This document shows, one piece after another, positions 19,688 to 20,000 of a DNA stretch of 20,000 nucleotides. The stretch spans positions 46,025-66,024 of the forward strand of contig MEDY01000318.1 of assembly GCA_001724265.1 (NCBI GenBank), given 5' to 3'. The notes under the pieces were generated by a model. The model was not told the DNA's origin. It worked only from the letters and a program-made list of their open reading frames with translations, and made no database searches. Made by a program: the position numbers and the translations under genes. Numbering within the stretch: position 1 is the stretch's first letter; each line of letters begins with the position of its first letter. The DNA comes from Rhizaria sp. SCN 62-66. Taxonomy: Eukaryota.

Positions 19688-20000
19688 CTAAACACTGCAA
19701 TGCTTATTAAGTAGTGGCATAACAAATTCATACATATCAACGATGGTCCTTGGAGCTCCAGGCACCTTAAACGATTGTACGTTCGGATCCTTCGCGCCAT
19801 CAGCTCGGCAAATTTTGATTGTGGTGGGAGACACTCTCAACACTCCAATCAAATAGTTGCGTCTAAGATTTTTGGAATAGTGGACAACGTTTTTGTACAG
19901 TTTTTGTGACGCACGACATTTTACATAAAAAAGCATGTGAGACGGTGACGAAGACGGCCCACGGTGTATTCCCCTCGCTGTGTCCAAAGGTGGTGTTTCT
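19688..20000 (-). CDS. Possible 3' end of an upstream minus-strand gene (partial)
   Basis: Frame is open from the window edge (ETPPLDTARGIHRG...VMPLLNKHCSV) to TAG at 19688-19690. Composition is protein-like but there is no recognisable motif. Confidence 0.4.
   Translation of the reverse strand, partial: ETPPLDTARGIHRGPSSSPSHMLFYVKCRASQKLYKNVVHYSKNLRRNYLIGVLRVSPTTIKICRADGAKDPNVQSFKVPGAPRTIVDMYEFVMPLLNKHCSV

Noticed and set aside
1-20000. Ciliate-type code (TAA and TAG both Gln)
   Set aside because: TAA ends DGAT2 exactly at the expected family C-terminus, followed by non-coding-like sequence, and in-frame TAR codons are far too rare in the long genes.
1-20000. CRISPR arrays, tRNA/rRNA genes, transposase or reverse-transcriptase ORFs, operon structure
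   Set aside because: No repeat-spacer arrays, cloverleaf/rRNA signatures, DDE/RT motifs or Shine-Dalgarno organisation seen by eye; the tandem repeats found are coding micro/minisatellites.

Overview
Eukaryotic, probably protist, nuclear DNA. GC-rich, apparently intronless genes alternate with AT-richer spacers, and I saw no prokaryotic hallmarks. (1) A giant minus-strand secreted/surface protein gene starts at 6949: signal peptide, 12 tandem ~150-aa beta-rich modules, four thrombospondin-1-like Cys repeats, then EGF-like and FN3/Ig-like modules. The ORF track ends it at TAG 1124-1126, but the same frame stays open and clearly coding for 374 more codons to the window edge. The single TAG sits inside a TSP1-like repeat (reassignment/readthrough, nonsense allele or sequencing error). 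A branch point, polypyrimidine tract and AG lie directly before its ATG. (2) Divergently transcribed is a ~1740-aa DGAT2-family acyltransferase (HPHG motif) with a very long N-terminal extension carrying two copies of a hydrophobic PLTH...QPFxGGxRFVLLQAL.W module. (3) A Cys-rich locus at ~14994-16216 has an apparent frameshift and an in-frame TAA (probable pseudogene). (4) A ~926-aa minus-strand helical, ARM/HEAT-like unknown protein contains an acidic 9-bp tandem array. (5) A possible 3' end of another minus-strand gene lies at the right edge. All domain calls are by eye; no database search was run.
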